Source: Malacoraja senta | Taxonomy: Eukaryota | Assembly (NCBI GenBank): GCA_038087875.1 | Contig: CM075994.1 | Span: forward strand, 3,350,001-3,414,000 | Length of the DNA: 64,000 bases | Reading direction: 5' to 3' | Shown here: piece by piece, positions 12,945 to 26,789 of the stretch | Layout: every line of letters starts with the position of its first letter | Numbering within the stretch: the first letter of the stretch is position 1 | Made by a program: the position numbers and the translations under genes | Notes under the pieces: generated by a model | The model's database searches: none | The model's input: only the letters and a program-made list of their open reading frames with translations | Told to the model about the DNA's origin: nothing

Positions 12945-15231
12945 CCTCCACCCACACACAAAAAACTGCCCCCCCCCCTGTTTAATGCTGAATTCTGTGG
13001 ATGATTTCCTAACGAAATATGTGCAAATTTGTCTCTTAATACATTCCAGATTTCATTGTCTGACTGCTCATGTGTGGTATCATAATTTTCCACTCCGCTC
13101 TCCCATTTTTACTTGGCTTTCAAAGCGGAGACCCTTCAAATACTGAATAATTATCAATGCCTTGAAGAAACTACCAAAGTAACTCTGGTTCCTTAGCTGC
13201 CTACATTATCAAGATGAGTGAAAGGTTATCATTTCCATGACAACATGAACAACTATTAAACGTTGACTACAACAATTAACACGATTAATATATTAATGGT
13301 TTAGAAACAAATGCCTTAATTTACGACCTGTTTGATCATAAATACTGAGACAAATACAGATAATTGACACATATTCTTTAATTTGTAAATATTATGTTTT
13401 TATTTCTGCCTACTCAATTTCAACGAAGCGATATTTTCGACATGACGATAGAAGTTAAACAGGAATATTTCCCATTGTGTCGTCAGTGGAATTACTCTTG
13501 TTCATCATTCGCCATTGTACAAAATACGTCATCCATAGCTGAAGCATAGCCCAGCAGATGCAAGTAGAACCAGGGCAACAATTTCAGCATCATTGTTTTC
13601 GTGTGGGCGTCCATAAAATTTTGGGGGGGGGGGGGGTTTCACGTTAGAACTGTGGCAACCTACTTCGGAACTGCTGCCTTTTTCAATCCTTCTGCATTTA
13701 CATGCAAACCCAACAAATGTTAATTTAAGATGTGATTCTATTGTGCGAGGAGATCGCCATTTTCCAAACCAGAAATACCAACACAAAAGTGCAGAACAAA
13801 TCAAACGGAGACTTATCCCTAATAATTGAAAAAACAAAAGCAGATGAACCAAGTCAGTAAGTCCTGTTTTCCCCATTAACTTCCAGTTTTAGATGATAAA
13901 GTCTACAAGCGTTTTCTGTAGAATGGGGACTGTCGGACTTAATGGAAATGCAAACGAATTTCATTAAATTTGCACGGTTTGTTTGGTCGAATGGCCTAAT
14001 TCAGCTGCTAAGAACACGGACTTATGAAATCTGCAGTTTGCTTCTTAATTGATAATTGGTGATGGTAAATGTCCTGATCCTTTTGTAATATGTAAAGAAC
14101 GGGGTGCACAATAATTTGAGAGATCGAGAATCACCATTCATTCTCATACATAAATCATCTTTATCATGTTGGAGCCTGGATTTCTGTGCTAGCTGACTGC
14201 CAGATTTCTCGACTATGTCATGGAGCAACTGTTGTGAGTGCACCTTATTCGATCACGTGTGTGCTCAATAACAACACTTAATTTAAATATTGATTAAACA
14301 TTTGGCCCACAGCCAAGACCCGCGATGATTTTAGTGTATGTGAGAGATGGCCTAATTTTTGATACTTTTAATCTCTCTTGACATTGAGAATTAATTAAAC
14401 AATTAAGAAAATAAACGAATTATATAATTAAATAGTGAAACACCTGAATAGTCGACGGAACGAACAATCGACTGCTAAAAATATGTTCATTTCATCCCTT
14501 AACATTTGCTACAATGGAATTTTAAAAACTAATACGTCAATACGAACCATAATATTCTGTGCAAGTGTAGAGCCGAGTTAGCTTTCAAAATCGAGGAATA
14601 CGGCTCTGATGATTGACTGTGGTGTTGCACCTTTAATAGTCTTAGAATAATTATTTGCACTTTTCTAATTATTTAGAAGATACTTTGGAAGATCGGATCA
14701 CTAAAATACCACTATCCTCCACAACATCGCACACTTCTTTGCTCATATATCCTGAATACTGTTCGTTGAAGTTTAGATAAACATCAGACCAATGTACACC
14801 TCGAATTATTGCCCATTTCATTTGCAGCAACAACAAATAATATCAAGCAGCATACATAATGAGCGGGAACTTTTACGTAACATGCAAACAACGTTAGTAG
14901 TGTATTTAGATATGTTTTTGTAACTATCCATATGGAAATCTGCATATTAAGGTTAACGAATGGCATACTACTTGATTGGAAAGGGAGCTTTGGAAAGCTT
15001 AATGCGGAAATTTTCAATTCTGAAATAGATACATGCCGTGCCAACGTCGAAATTTAAGCGGCATCGATTTAATTTTGGGCACTGCATAGTGATAGCGAAT
15101 GGGTACTGAATACTATATATCGCATAATTTCCCCTTTGTAAGCATGCTGGTTATCAGGAGTGTTTCATCAATTTTAAATAATTAATCGTCTAATGTGAAA
15201 GAGAGTCATTCTGACATTTTGCTTTTATCAG

Positions 15232-15258
15232 GCGTGCCCATATGGGAACGATATCGAG
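15232..15258 (+). CDS. Candidate 27-nt micro-exon: (S)VPIWERYR in phase 1
   Basis: acattttgcttttatcag|GCGTGCCCATATGGGAACGATATCGAG|gtaaaa; open in all three phases. Confidence 0.6.
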
Positions 15259-15774
15259 GTAAAAATCATGAACAAAATTATTTTACATTCTAATGTCTGT
15301 GAGAGCTAATACGACTTTATATTGTTAACTATTTTTTTCAATTATATAAGCTACAATAACATACCATTTAATATAAAACAATCAACCGATATCTCGTAAC
15401 AAATAGAACAACAGGATTTTCAATTGTTTTATTTTTCTTTCACAAAAGGACGGTAGCTATATTGTAAATTGTTGCAACGAATCGTCGGAATCATAGATAC
15501 CTATTTACGAAAACAATTTATCTGCAATTCATAACCAGTTTTATCTTCTCGTTTCCATTTTTACGTGAAATATTGGGCCATTTTCTCTCCCTGCGACCGT
15601 CTTTTATCGGCGGAAGCTCCCGGGCTTTTCTGGGCTTGTTTTTCGGATTGAGCGCTTCCGCTGTTTAGATTAATTCTGTTCAAAGCTGCAAAGAAGATCA
15701 AATCACAGACATTTTCATTTTCAATTATTAATACTTCATTGTAACGCACATTTGCATTTCAATTTTTCTTAAAG

Positions 15775-15802
15775 AATGCAAAACAACTGCTCCAAAAGAC
15801 AA
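15775..15802 (+). CDS. Module-1 exon A, 28 nt; (E)CKQLLQKT if one A of an A-run is removed
   Basis: tttcaatttttcttaaag|AATGCAAAACAACTGCTCCAAAAGACAA|gtaagt; aligns with the 27-nt exon at 37868. Confidence 0.65.
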
Positions 15803-15944
15803 GTAAGTAGAACGTGAAATAAATGTGTTCATTTGGTTTGATTTCTGCGGACCGATGGCAGAGTTTTGCTCCCGATGCAGGGCAAAGGCAAGTTTGTTAG
15901 TTATGACAACAAAGATTTTATATCTACCTATCAATATATCTATC

Positions 15945-18900
15945 CCGTGTGCGGACGTGGCGCCGACGGACGAGAAGCCGAAGCAAAGAAGTGGAAGCTA
16001 AATAACCGAATGGAAACGAAGCCGAAACGCCAAATAACCGAATGGAAACTAAGCAGAAATGCCAACTAACGGAAAAGGTGGGACGCCTAAATGCAAACTA
16101 ACCGAAAGGACGGGACGCCTACATAGAAACATAGAAAGATTGACACATAGAAAATAGGTGCAGGAGGAGGTCATTCGGCCTTCGAGCCAGCACCGCCATT
16201 CATTGTGATCATGGCTATCGTCCCCAAGCAATAACCCGTGCATGCCTTCTCCCCATATCCCTTGATTCCACTAGACCCTAGTGCTCTATCTAACTCTCTC
16301 TTAAATGCATCCAGTGACTTGGCCTCCACTGCCCTTTATGGCAGGGAATTCCACAAATTCACAACTCTCTGAGTGAAAAACTATTTTCTCACCTCAGTCT
16401 TAAATGGATTCCCCTTTATTCTAAGGCGGTGGCCCCTGGTTCTGCATTCGCCCAACATTGGGAACATTTTTCATGCATCTAGCTTATTCAGTCCTTTTAT
16501 AATCTTATATGTTTGTGTAAGATCCGCCCCCATCCTTATAAACCTCAGTGAATATAAGAACGCCTAGCCTTTTCAATCTTTCCTCATATGACAGTCCCGC
16601 CATCCCAGGGATCAATTTCGTGAACCTACACTGCACTGCCTCAATCACAAGGAAGTCGTTCCTCAAATTAGGAGACCGAAACTGGACACAATACTCCAGA
16701 TGAGGTCTCATCAGAGCCCTATAAAACTGCAGAAGAACCTCTCTACTCCTATATTGAAATCCTCTCGTTATGAAGGTCAACAGTCCATTAGCTTTCTTCA
16801 CTGCGTGCTATACCTGCACGCCAAATTTCAGTGGCTTGTGGACAAGGACGCCCAGGTCGAGCTGCACCCCCCCCCCTTGCCTAACCTAACCCCATTGAGA
16901 TAGTAATCTTCCCCCTTGTTTTTGCCGCCAAAATGGATAACCACATATTTATCCATATTATACTGCATCTGCCACGCATCTGCCCACTCACAGAACCTGT
17001 CCAGGTCTCCCTGCAACCTCCTAACATCCTCTTTACATTTCACACTGCCACCCAGCTGTGTGTCATCCGCAAACTTGCTCGTGTTGCTCCTAATTCCCTC
17101 TTACAAATCATTAATATCTATGGTAAACAGTTGCGGCCCGAACACCGAGTCTGGCGGCACTCCACTCGCCATTGCCTGCCATTCTGAAAAGGACCCGTTC
17201 ACTCCTACAATTTGCTTCCTGTCTGCCAACCAATTTTCTATCCATGTCAACACCCTACTCCCGTTACCATGTGCACCAAAGTTAGTCACCAATCACCCGT
17301 GCGGGACATGATCAAAGGCTTTTTGAAAGTCTAGATACACTACATACACTGGCACCCCTTCATCCATTATACTTTTCACACCCTCAAAAAGTTCCAGAAG
17401 ATTAGTCAAGCATGATTTCCCTTTCACAAATCCATGTTGACTTGGACTAAATATTTTACTGCTATCAAATGCCCCATTATTACCTGTTTAGTTATTGACT
17501 CCAGCATCTTTCCCACCACCGAAGTCAGGCTAAGTGGTCTGTATATTCCTGTTTTCTCTCTCGCTATTGTTTGAAAATTGGGATAACGTTAGCTATCCTC
17601 CAACCCACAGGAACTGATCCTGAATCGATCGAACATTGGAAAATAATCAACAATGCGTCCACTATTTCTATAGCCACATCCCTGAGGACCTTGGGATGCA
17701 GACCATCAGGCCCAGGCTATTTATCATCCTTCAGTTCCATTAGCCCACCCAATGCTAAAAACCAATTAACCGAAAGGCTGCGTCGCCTAAAAGCAAACTC
17801 ACCGAATGGCCGCTCTGCCGAAACGCCACCTACCCGAAAGGCGGCGTCGCCTGCAAGCCAACGGACCGAAATGCCGCTCAACATCAAAGTCAAATAATGG
17901 ACATGACGTTTCCGGGGGTCTGGACGTCAGCGATTGGTCCATACCCCCGCGTCCATCACATCACTGTGGAGGGATGAACATTGTCCCACACCTCCGCTCC
18001 ACCCGACCAACAGACCGCGGATGGTGGCTGTGGGAGAGTGGAGGCTGTCCCGAGGGATGCGTACCTTCGGGCGCTAACAACTTGGTGCTTGGGTTCAGAT
18101 TGCCCAGTCACCTATGGCTTATGTGGGAAAATAATCCCCACGCTCCCGTCTCTCCCTTCTCTCTCCCCTCTTCTCTCACTCCCCATCTCACTCTCCATTC
18201 TCTCTCTCCCAACTTCTCGCTCTCCCCCTCCCCTCTCTCTCGCCCTCTCTCTCCCTTTACTCTCTGTCCCTTCTCTCTCTCTGCTCCTCGCTTTTCCCTC
18301 CACTCTCTCCCCCCTCTCTCCCTCTCTCTCTCTCTCTCCCCTTCTCTCTGTCTATCCCCTCTTCTCGCTCCCCTCTCTCTCTCCCTTCCCTCTGTCCATT
18401 CTCTCTCTCCTCATCTCTCACACCCTCCTCTCTCTCTCTTCTATCTCCCCTTCTCTCTTGCTCTCCCCTCTTCTCTCTCTCCTCCTATCTCCCCCCCTCC
18501 TCTCTCCCCCTCTCTGCCTTCTCTCTCTCCCCTTCTCTCTTTCTCACCCTTCTCTCTCTACCCCTCTCTCTCTCCCGCCTCTCTCTCCATTTTCTCTCTC
18601 CCCCCCTCTCTCTCTCCTCGCCTCTCTCACCCTCCGCTCTCTCCCCCGCCCCTCTCCCTTCTATATCCCCTTCTCTCTTTCTCTCCTCTATTCTCTCTCT
18701 CCCTCTCTCTCACTTGTCTCTCTCCCCTTCTCTCTCTCCTCCTCTCTCTTCCCTCTTCTCTCCCCCCCTGTCTCTCCCTTCGGCCCGCTACGGAATGTGT
18801 GTACACCCCCATGTTTTAAAAGCGATTTACTATGCCCCGCGCCGTCTATCCCCGCGGCCGGGGAGGGTGTGGGTTTCAGTATCCAGGGTTCGGAGGGGGA

Positions 18901-20182
18901 GAATCACCCTGGTGTGGGGGTTGGGGTCCGATGGCGGTGCATCGAGATCAGTGACTCTGGGTGGGCGGAGGGACAAGCCTGTCCCACAGCTCCCCTCCAC
19001 GCGACCCACAGCCCATCATAGTGCGGCCGCACGGGGGACATGAGGCGGTGGGTGGCCTTTGGAGAGTGCGGGCTGACCCGATGAATGCGCACCTTCGGCC
19101 GCTTGCAACTTGGTGCTTGGATTCAGATTACCCAGTCACCTATGGCTTGTGCGTGAAAATGACCCCCACCCTCCCGCCGTTGGAGGCGGAGGTGAGAGAG
19201 AAGGGGGGAGAGAATGAGGAGAGAAAGAGAGAAGGGGAGAGAGAGAATTGTGAGAGAAGGGAGGGAAGGGATAGAGTGAGGGAGAGAAGAGGGGTTAGAA
19301 AGAGAGAAGGGGAGAGAAAGAAGGGAGATAGAGGGGTGAGAGAGAGCGGCGGGGAGGGAGAGGAGGTGAGGGAGAATGGGGAGAGAGAGATAAGGGGAGA
19401 GAGGGGGAGAGAGTGGGGAGGGGAGAGAGATAAGGGGGAAGAGAGAGAAGGGAGAGAGAGAAGGGAAAGAGAGAGGGGGAGAGAGAGAAGAGGGGAGAGA
19501 AATAGAGAAGGTGGGAGAGAAGTGAAAGAGGGGGGAGAGAGGAGGGGAGAGAGGAGGAGAGAGAGAAGGGAGAGAGTGGGAGAGAGAAGGGGATAGAGAG
19601 AAGAGGGATGAGAAAGTGAGAAGGGGTGAGAGAGAAGGGATAGAGAGGGTGGAGAGAGTGGAGGGGGTAGAGGAGGAGAGAGAGAGGAAGAGAGAGAGAA
19701 GAGGGGAGAGAAAGAGAGAAGAGGAGATAGAAGGGAGAGAGAGGAGGAGAGAGGGGGAGAGAGGAGCGAGGAGAGAGGAGGAGAGAGATAAGGGAGAGAG
19801 AGAAGGGAGAGAGAGGGGGACAGAGAGATAGCGGAGACGGGAGCGTGGGTGTCATTTTCCCACACAAGCCATAGGTGACTGGGCAATCTGTACCCAGCAC
19901 CAAGTTGTAAGCGGCCGAAGGTGCGCATCCCTCAGTACAGCTCCCTCTCTCCCACAGCCACACTCCGCGGACTGTGGGTCGGAGGTGTGGGATAATGTTC
20001 ATAGCTCCACAGTGATGTGATGGACACGTGGGTGCGGACTAATCGCCGACAAGTCCCCTCCCCCCCCGGCAACGTCATGTCCGTTATTTGACTTTTCTGT
20101 TGAGCGGCATTCGGTCCGTTGGCTTGTAGGCGACGGCGCCTTTCGGGTAGGTGTCGTTTCGGCAGAGCATCCATTCGGCGTG
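15945..20182. mobile_element. Foldback-type element with long modular inverted arms, interrupted by a CR1
   Basis: 17800-18150 is the reverse complement of 19830-20180. CT-rich 18150-18780 mirrors GA-rich 19190-19830. Short AACCGAA/GCCGAA tandem motifs lie at 15960-16120 and 17755-17880. Confidence 0.75.
16121..17752 (-). mobile_element. 5'-truncated CR1 LINE (RT and 3' UTR)
   Basis: ORFs 17101-17292, 16828-17043 and 16505-16801 (SGVPPDSVFGPQLFTIDIND; RPHLEYCVQF; GLSYEERL); CATAGAAA tail repeats at 16121. Confidence 0.95.
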
Positions 20183-20364
20183 TACAATTGATAAACTTGC
20201 ATATAGCTCCCTTATCACTGATCAGAGACGATAGATGCATTCGCGGTATCAATCATTGAAGAGTGTATTTCTCAGGAACATTGGAAGCGGGGTGTAATGA
20301 TGGGGGTACATGTGATATACACGTAAGTTTTCCCACCTTTTAGCGGAAATCAGCGATGAGGAAA

Positions 20365-20608
<244 letters not shown>

Positions 20609-20609
20609 A

Positions 20610-21085
20610 AACCCGTTGCTCCTCTTGGCCTTTGTCCGCGACCTTTCGAGGTCTCCCCAGTTGAGCCCACTCTCAGACATTCTGTCTGGACACCTCTTGT
20701 TCAGCTGTTCCTGGGGCGACCTATTTTTCCTTTTTCCTTGGGGGTTCAATTTCAGCACTTGCCGGGTGATGGTTGTGGCTGGTTTTTTTGAGCGTGTGTC
20801 CAATCCAACATTTTCTCCTTCGAATTTGTAAGTCAATGGGACCCTGGCTTGATCTTATCCACAGGTCCACATTGCTTATTTTGTCTCCTCACCAAATGTT
20901 AAGTTTTCTCCTAATGTTTGCAGCCTGTTTTACGTGTGATTAGTTGTTTTCCACCCATACAGCATCAATGTTTTTTACATTTGAGTTCAGGATGCGTATT
21001 TTGGTATTGATTGAGATGTGTTTTGAGCTCAAGATCTTCATGAGCATATTAAACACCACCCTAGCCTATTTGAATCTACCTATGT
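20610..21085 (-). mobile_element. RTE-clade LINE 3' fragment
   Basis: Minus-strand [27 protein letters not shown], typical of RTE ORF C-termini; frameshifted. Confidence 0.75.
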
Positions 21086-21456
21086 TTGCCTATATACTTA
21101 TAAATCTGCCTTTATACTTATAAAAGTCCTATATTGTATGTGTGCGTGCGTATGTGTGTGTGTGTTTTTCGACAAAACGCTACGCATAGCGCTGACATTT
21201 TTACAAAACCTTAAACACATCTTTCGCGATAATCAGGTACGCTTCAGATTTGATGCTTAGAGTTAAAAAAAAAATAGAGAGAGACAGTCTTCCAGCGGCT
21301 TCTAGTGATTATGCCAGAATGCCATCTCACAGTTCAATAATCGCAATTGGCTCTCATCTGCACAAGCTGCCGAGCGGGATAATGACATCACAACGGTAAC
21401 GGCAGCAACAGCTTGAAGGAGCGGTTGGCAGCAGAATATTGGTGCATAATTCGAGA

Positions 21457-21805
<349 letters not shown>

Positions 21806-21828
21806 ACACAGATGTATATATATATATA

Positions 21829-22758
21829 CTATACTAATTGGGACCCGTTGGGTCCCAGCATCACACGGGAGGGCTGGTCACCCAACGTAATATTCCACCA
21901 CTCCACCAATTCCAATAGTGCTGGCCAGTGGGGGGAGGGGGGCTTTCTGTTGCGCTAGTATGGGTGTTGTGGGCCGATCGGACTGGTTTCCAGAGGGCTA
22001 GTATGGACATTGTGGGCTGAATGGATTCTTTGGCTGGCAGCTCAGTCACTGAGGCCTGGCAGCTCAGTCACTTTGACTTGGCAGGCTGGCAGCCGAGAAA
22101 CTGCCAGAAATTGTGCCCAAAACAGATGACAGACTCTGTGAGAGGGAAGGGGGAGAGGGTGGACTGAATGGATGATTGGGCTGGCAGTTCAGTGAGTCAT
22201 GGCTGGTTGGCTGGCAGTTCACTTACTCAGGGCTGGTGGGATGGCAGGCTGGCAGTGCAGTCTCTCACGGCTGATGGGCTGGCAGTTCAGTCACTTACAG
22301 CTGGTGGGCTGGCAGTTGACTTCGTCACGGCTGCTGGGCTGGCAGTGCAGTCACTCACGACTGGTGGGCTGGCAGTGCAGTCACTCGCGGCTGGTGTGGT
22401 GGTGTTCATTCAGTCACCCCTCCTCCCTCCATCACCCCACTCTACTCCTTGCCATTCCCCTCCCCCCAGGCATTCGGTCCATCTCCCGACAACCTCCCCC
22501 CATGCACTCTAAGTGGCTCTCCCACATAGCAGCCATTCCTGCCTATTAGGTTCCCATTGTGATGAAGAACACGCAGGCATGAAAAGTGGAAAAAGGATTT
22601 CTTAAAGTTTAAAATGTGAATGACTCTTGAAATATAAGAACAATTTGAATTATAAAGATGATCATTATTACGTTCTTTCTTGTTGTGTTCTGCTGCTCAC
22701 TGCCTCTTGATGTCTATTTGCTGTTGATAAAAAAAGATAATATTTTAATATAGAGAGA
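21829..22758 (-). mobile_element. Non-autonomous Helitron-like element with an internal 30-bp minisatellite
   Basis: Minus-strand 3' end TGGGACCC-AAC-GGGTCCCA hairpin then ATTAGTATAG|T, same family as the 59823 end; putative TCTCTATATTAAAA 5' end at ~22757. Confidence 0.7.
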
Positions 22759-23204
22759 TTGAGCGGTTGTAATTTGTTGTAATTCTTAATCCTCTGGACT
22801 CACTGAAGGATTTGTGCAAAACATGTTTTTGAGGCGGGGGGCTGTCGGGGAGGGATGGGGGTGGCAAACGTCCTGCAGCCGAGGGAGGGTGACGGCTTCA
22901 GGCGGGGGGCTCTCATGGGCTGATGAGGGAGGGGGATGCCCTGCAGCGGTGGATGACGGGCGGCTTCAGGTGGGGGAGCATCCTATAGCCAGACGGAGGG
23001 CAGCGTCTTGAGGAGGGGGGTGTCAGTGGGGGGGGGGTGGTGGTGACCGACTTACTCATGACCTCTGGACTCACTCACTGCCTCGGGACTAACTCATGGT
23101 ATCTGGACTGACTGACCCACTCACTCATGACCTCTGGACTGACAGACTGAATCACGGCTTGTGGACTGACTGACTTATGCCCGACCTCTGGAGTCACGTC
23201 CGAC

Positions 23205-23335
23205 TTTTGTAAACTGAAAACTGCAACATCCACTTTGAGGAACATCTTCTTCCCGACAGCCATCAGGCTATTAAACATAACGAATCAGCTCTGAACTACG
23301 AAAGACTATATTATTTGTACTGTATGTTATTTGTT
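23205..23335 (+). mobile_element. Rex1/Babar-like LINE 3' fragment
   Basis: Translates STLRNIFFPTAIRLLN, typical of the Rex1-type ORF end. Confidence 0.6.
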
Positions 23336-23339
23336 GATG

Positions 23340-23555
23340 ACACACTGTCACAGATACACAGACACACAGACACACAGACACACAGTTACACAGACACACA
23401 GACACACAGACACACCAACACTTTCACACACAGACATTCTCACACACAGACCTTCTCACACACAGACATACAGACACACACAGACTCACACACACACACA
23501 CACACAGACTCTCACACACACACACAGACTCTCTCACGCACACACACACACAGAC

Positions 23556-23590
<35 letters not shown>

Positions 23591-24169
23591 CACACAGACT
23601 CACACACACAGACAGACTCTCACACACACACACGACACTCATACACACACATATATATATTCACACAAACACACTCTCAGACACACACTCTCACAAACTC
23701 ACTCACACTCACACACACACACAAACTCACTCGCACACACACACAGACTCTCACGCACTCACACATAGAAACACACACACTCACACACAGACTCTCACAC
23801 ACACACACACAGACTCAAACACACACAGACACACTCACAGACACAGACGCACACGCACAGACACACACACACGGACAGATAATCTCTCACACACACACAG
23901 ACTCTCAGACACACACACACACACTCTCACACACACACGCACAGACACGCACACACACACACACATATACACACATATACACACAAACACACACACAAAT
24001 ACACACAGACACACTCTCAGACACACAATCTCACACACTCACTCACACACACACAGACACACAAACAGACACACACACACAGACACACACACAGACACAC
24101 ACACACAGACACACACAGACACACACATTCACAGACACGGACACACACTCACACACAGAGACACACAGA

Positions 24170-24226
<57 letters not shown>
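23340..24226. repeat. Degenerate (CA)n tract
   Basis: Direct inspection; source of the HT/CV-repeat ORFs. Confidence 0.97.
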
Positions 24227-24231
<5 letters not shown>

Positions 24232-25265
24232 GGGAGGTTGCACAGCAGTCGGGTCACGACCCGTGACCCATACTGTTGGCACGCTCCGCCAACTGGAGTA
24301 CACGCGATGAACTGCAGGTAAGCACTGACCATTGTTTCCAGTGTAGCGGGCCCGTGAAAACACGCCGAAATCTTCAATTTTTGCGCTGTAAATAATTGTG
24401 GAAATCGTGATAAGCGTGAGAGACATTTATCCTACTTCAGAATTCCAAAGGTGAGGAGAAATGACGGTTGATAGAAGCGAGAGCTGAAGGGACAACAACG
24501 CCCAAAGTGCTTGGCGAACATTGGCCGTGCAGATATCGAGATTGAAAATATTGGGAGTTATCGGGTTATCTCACCGCATTTCATCAACAGTAAGGCATTA
24601 TTTGTGTTTTTTCATGATTCCTTTAGCATTTAAAAAGTTTCAGAAGTGATAAACCTGGCTGTAAAATTTTAAAATCACCCATGTTTCTCAAGTGGTTTTT
24701 ACATAAAAAAGAAAACGCCTCTGAATCAAAAATGTATCATTAAAAAATCGCTAACCGAGGAATGGCATAATTGTTGACTGCTAATTGGACATAATCATCC
24801 TCAGCAAATTGACAATATCCTATTGAAAGGGAGTGGGTGTTTAAGCTGTCAAGACTTTATTATTTTCCAAAATATACATCTCAATGATAGAAAACTTACA
24901 TTTCCACACACCACTCGTAAGTCTGGAAATTGTCTTAATGATAAATTTAGCTTCAGAAGCGTTTACGTTTTGCATGTAAAAAACACTTCAGAACCATGGG
25001 CGATTTTAAAATTTTACAGCCAGATTTATCATTTTGAAACTTTTTAGATACCAAAGGAATCAAGAAAAAACACAAATAATGCCTTACTGTTGATGAAATA
25101 CAGTGAGCAAAGGCGATAATTCCCAATATTTTCAATCTCGGCCACGGCCAATCTGCACGGCCAATGTTCGCCAAGCGCTTTAGCTGTCGTAGTCCCTTCA
25201 GCTCTCACTTCTCTTTACCTTCATTTCTCTTCACTTTTGGAATTCTGTAGGATAGATGTCTCTCA
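24227..25265. mobile_element. Palindromic non-autonomous DNA transposon with THAP-domain remnants in both arms
   Basis: Arms 24417-24743 and 24935-25265 are inverted copies. Left arm 24373-24589 translates FNFCAVNNCGNRDKRERHLSYFRIPKVRRNDG**KRELKGQQRPKCLANIGRADIEIENIGSYRVISPHFIN; right arm gives EIENIGNYRLCSLYFIN. Confidence 0.8.
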
Positions 25266-25509
25266 TACACACTCAGACTCACACACACACACACAGTGAC
25301 ACTGACTCACACTGACTCACACTGACTCACACTCACACTCACAGACACACAGACACACACACACGCTGACTCACACACACACACCGAATCACACACACAT
25401 CGACTCACACACACACGCACACACACACACTGAATCACACACACAGACTCACACAGACTCACTCACACACACAGACTCACACACACACACAGACTCGCAC
25501 ACACAGACT

Positions 25510-25544
<35 letters not shown>

Positions 25545-25635
25545 TCACACTAACACACAGATTCACACACACACAAAGACACACACTGAGACTCACACAG
25601 ACTCACACACTCAGACTCACTCACACACACACTGA

Positions 25636-25700
<65 letters not shown>

Positions 25701-25712
25701 ACACACATTCAC
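25266..25712. repeat. Degenerate (CA)n tract
   Basis: Direct inspection. Confidence 0.97.
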
Positions 25713-26134
25713 AACCAATACTAAAATGCCAAGTAACTTCAGAACGTGGTAAACCTACAGTGTGTAAAGCGAATAATTCAAACGTTTAAAGCCCCCTGTA
25801 GAGGCACCCGCTGCTGAAGCAAAAACGTGCCTTAAATAACGTCAAATAAACACACTCACCATAGACAGACCAGGCAGCTCTTGAATTATTCAACGGCGTC
25901 TTCACTTTGTGCCTTTTGCACTCGGCGCCATCTTGACGTCACCCTCTCGTTTCTTCCCACGAACCGTAAATGACGCACACGGCGCCAGCCTGCCGCTAAC
26001 CGGAAATGACGTAATCGGCGCAATCTTGCCACTAAGCGGAAGTCACGGAATGAGCGCCAATTTTGCAACTGAACACAGTCCTGATCTAATAAAATGTTTA
26101 TTTAGTCTTTCTCCATCCCACAACTGTTGCAAGC

Positions 26135-26535
26135 ATTTTAAAAGCAAAGACAAACAACTTGGCAAACACTTTACAGCCAATACAGTTTCTGAATACTTTT
26201 TAAAAGCCAAGACAATTTGGCAAACACTTTAAAACCAATACATTTTCTGAAAACTTTTAAAAAGCCAAGACAAACAGGCAAACACTTTACAACCAATACA
26301 TTTTCTGAAAACTTTTTAAAAGCCAAGACAATTTGGCAAACACTTTACAACCAATACATTTTCTGAAAACTTTTTAAAAGCCAAGACAAACAGGCATACA
26401 CTTTACAACCAATACTTATTCTGAAAACGTTTTAAAAGCCAAGACAATTTGGCACACACTTTACAACCAATACATTTTCTGAAAACTATTTTTTCAAATC
26501 CTAGACAACCAATTTGGCAAACACTTTACAACCAC
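26135..26535. repeat. ~58-bp minisatellite, about 7 copies
   Basis: Unit AAAAGCCAAGACAA(TTT/ACA)GGCAAACACTTTACAACCAATACATTTTCTGAAAACTTTT. Confidence 0.95.
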
Positions 26536-26789
26536 ATCGAGGGGAATCACCGTCGAGTAGACATGCGTTCAGTGTTATTCGCAGCTTAGAGAGCCGTGGC
26601 CCTCTCGCTTCCTCCATATCGCAGAGACTGAGTGAGGCACGGCACTTCCGGGTTTTATAGCCCCTCTCCCTGCCGCCAGCGGGGGCAGCAGAGAGAATGG
26701 CGACATTTTTTTAAACATTAATAACTCTGATTTTTCATCGATGGGAAATGTCCTCCGGTCGAATCCCATTTTGAGAAAAATGTATTTCG

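Noticed and set aside
13773..13856. 84-nt candidate exon (also 53 nt at ~13126 and 30 nt at ~14194)
   Set aside because: Phase or composition does not fit the phase-1 coiled-coil series and one splice site is weak in each. The 53-nt segment (AETLQILNNYQCLEETTK) could offer a frame-restoring path into 15232/15775 but is unsupported.
23315..24310. 331-aa His/Thr-rich ORF
   Set aside because: Translation of a degenerate (CA)n tract.
26135..26535. Regularly spaced repeats as a CRISPR array
   Set aside because: Contiguous tandem units without unique spacers, no cas genes, eukaryotic context.
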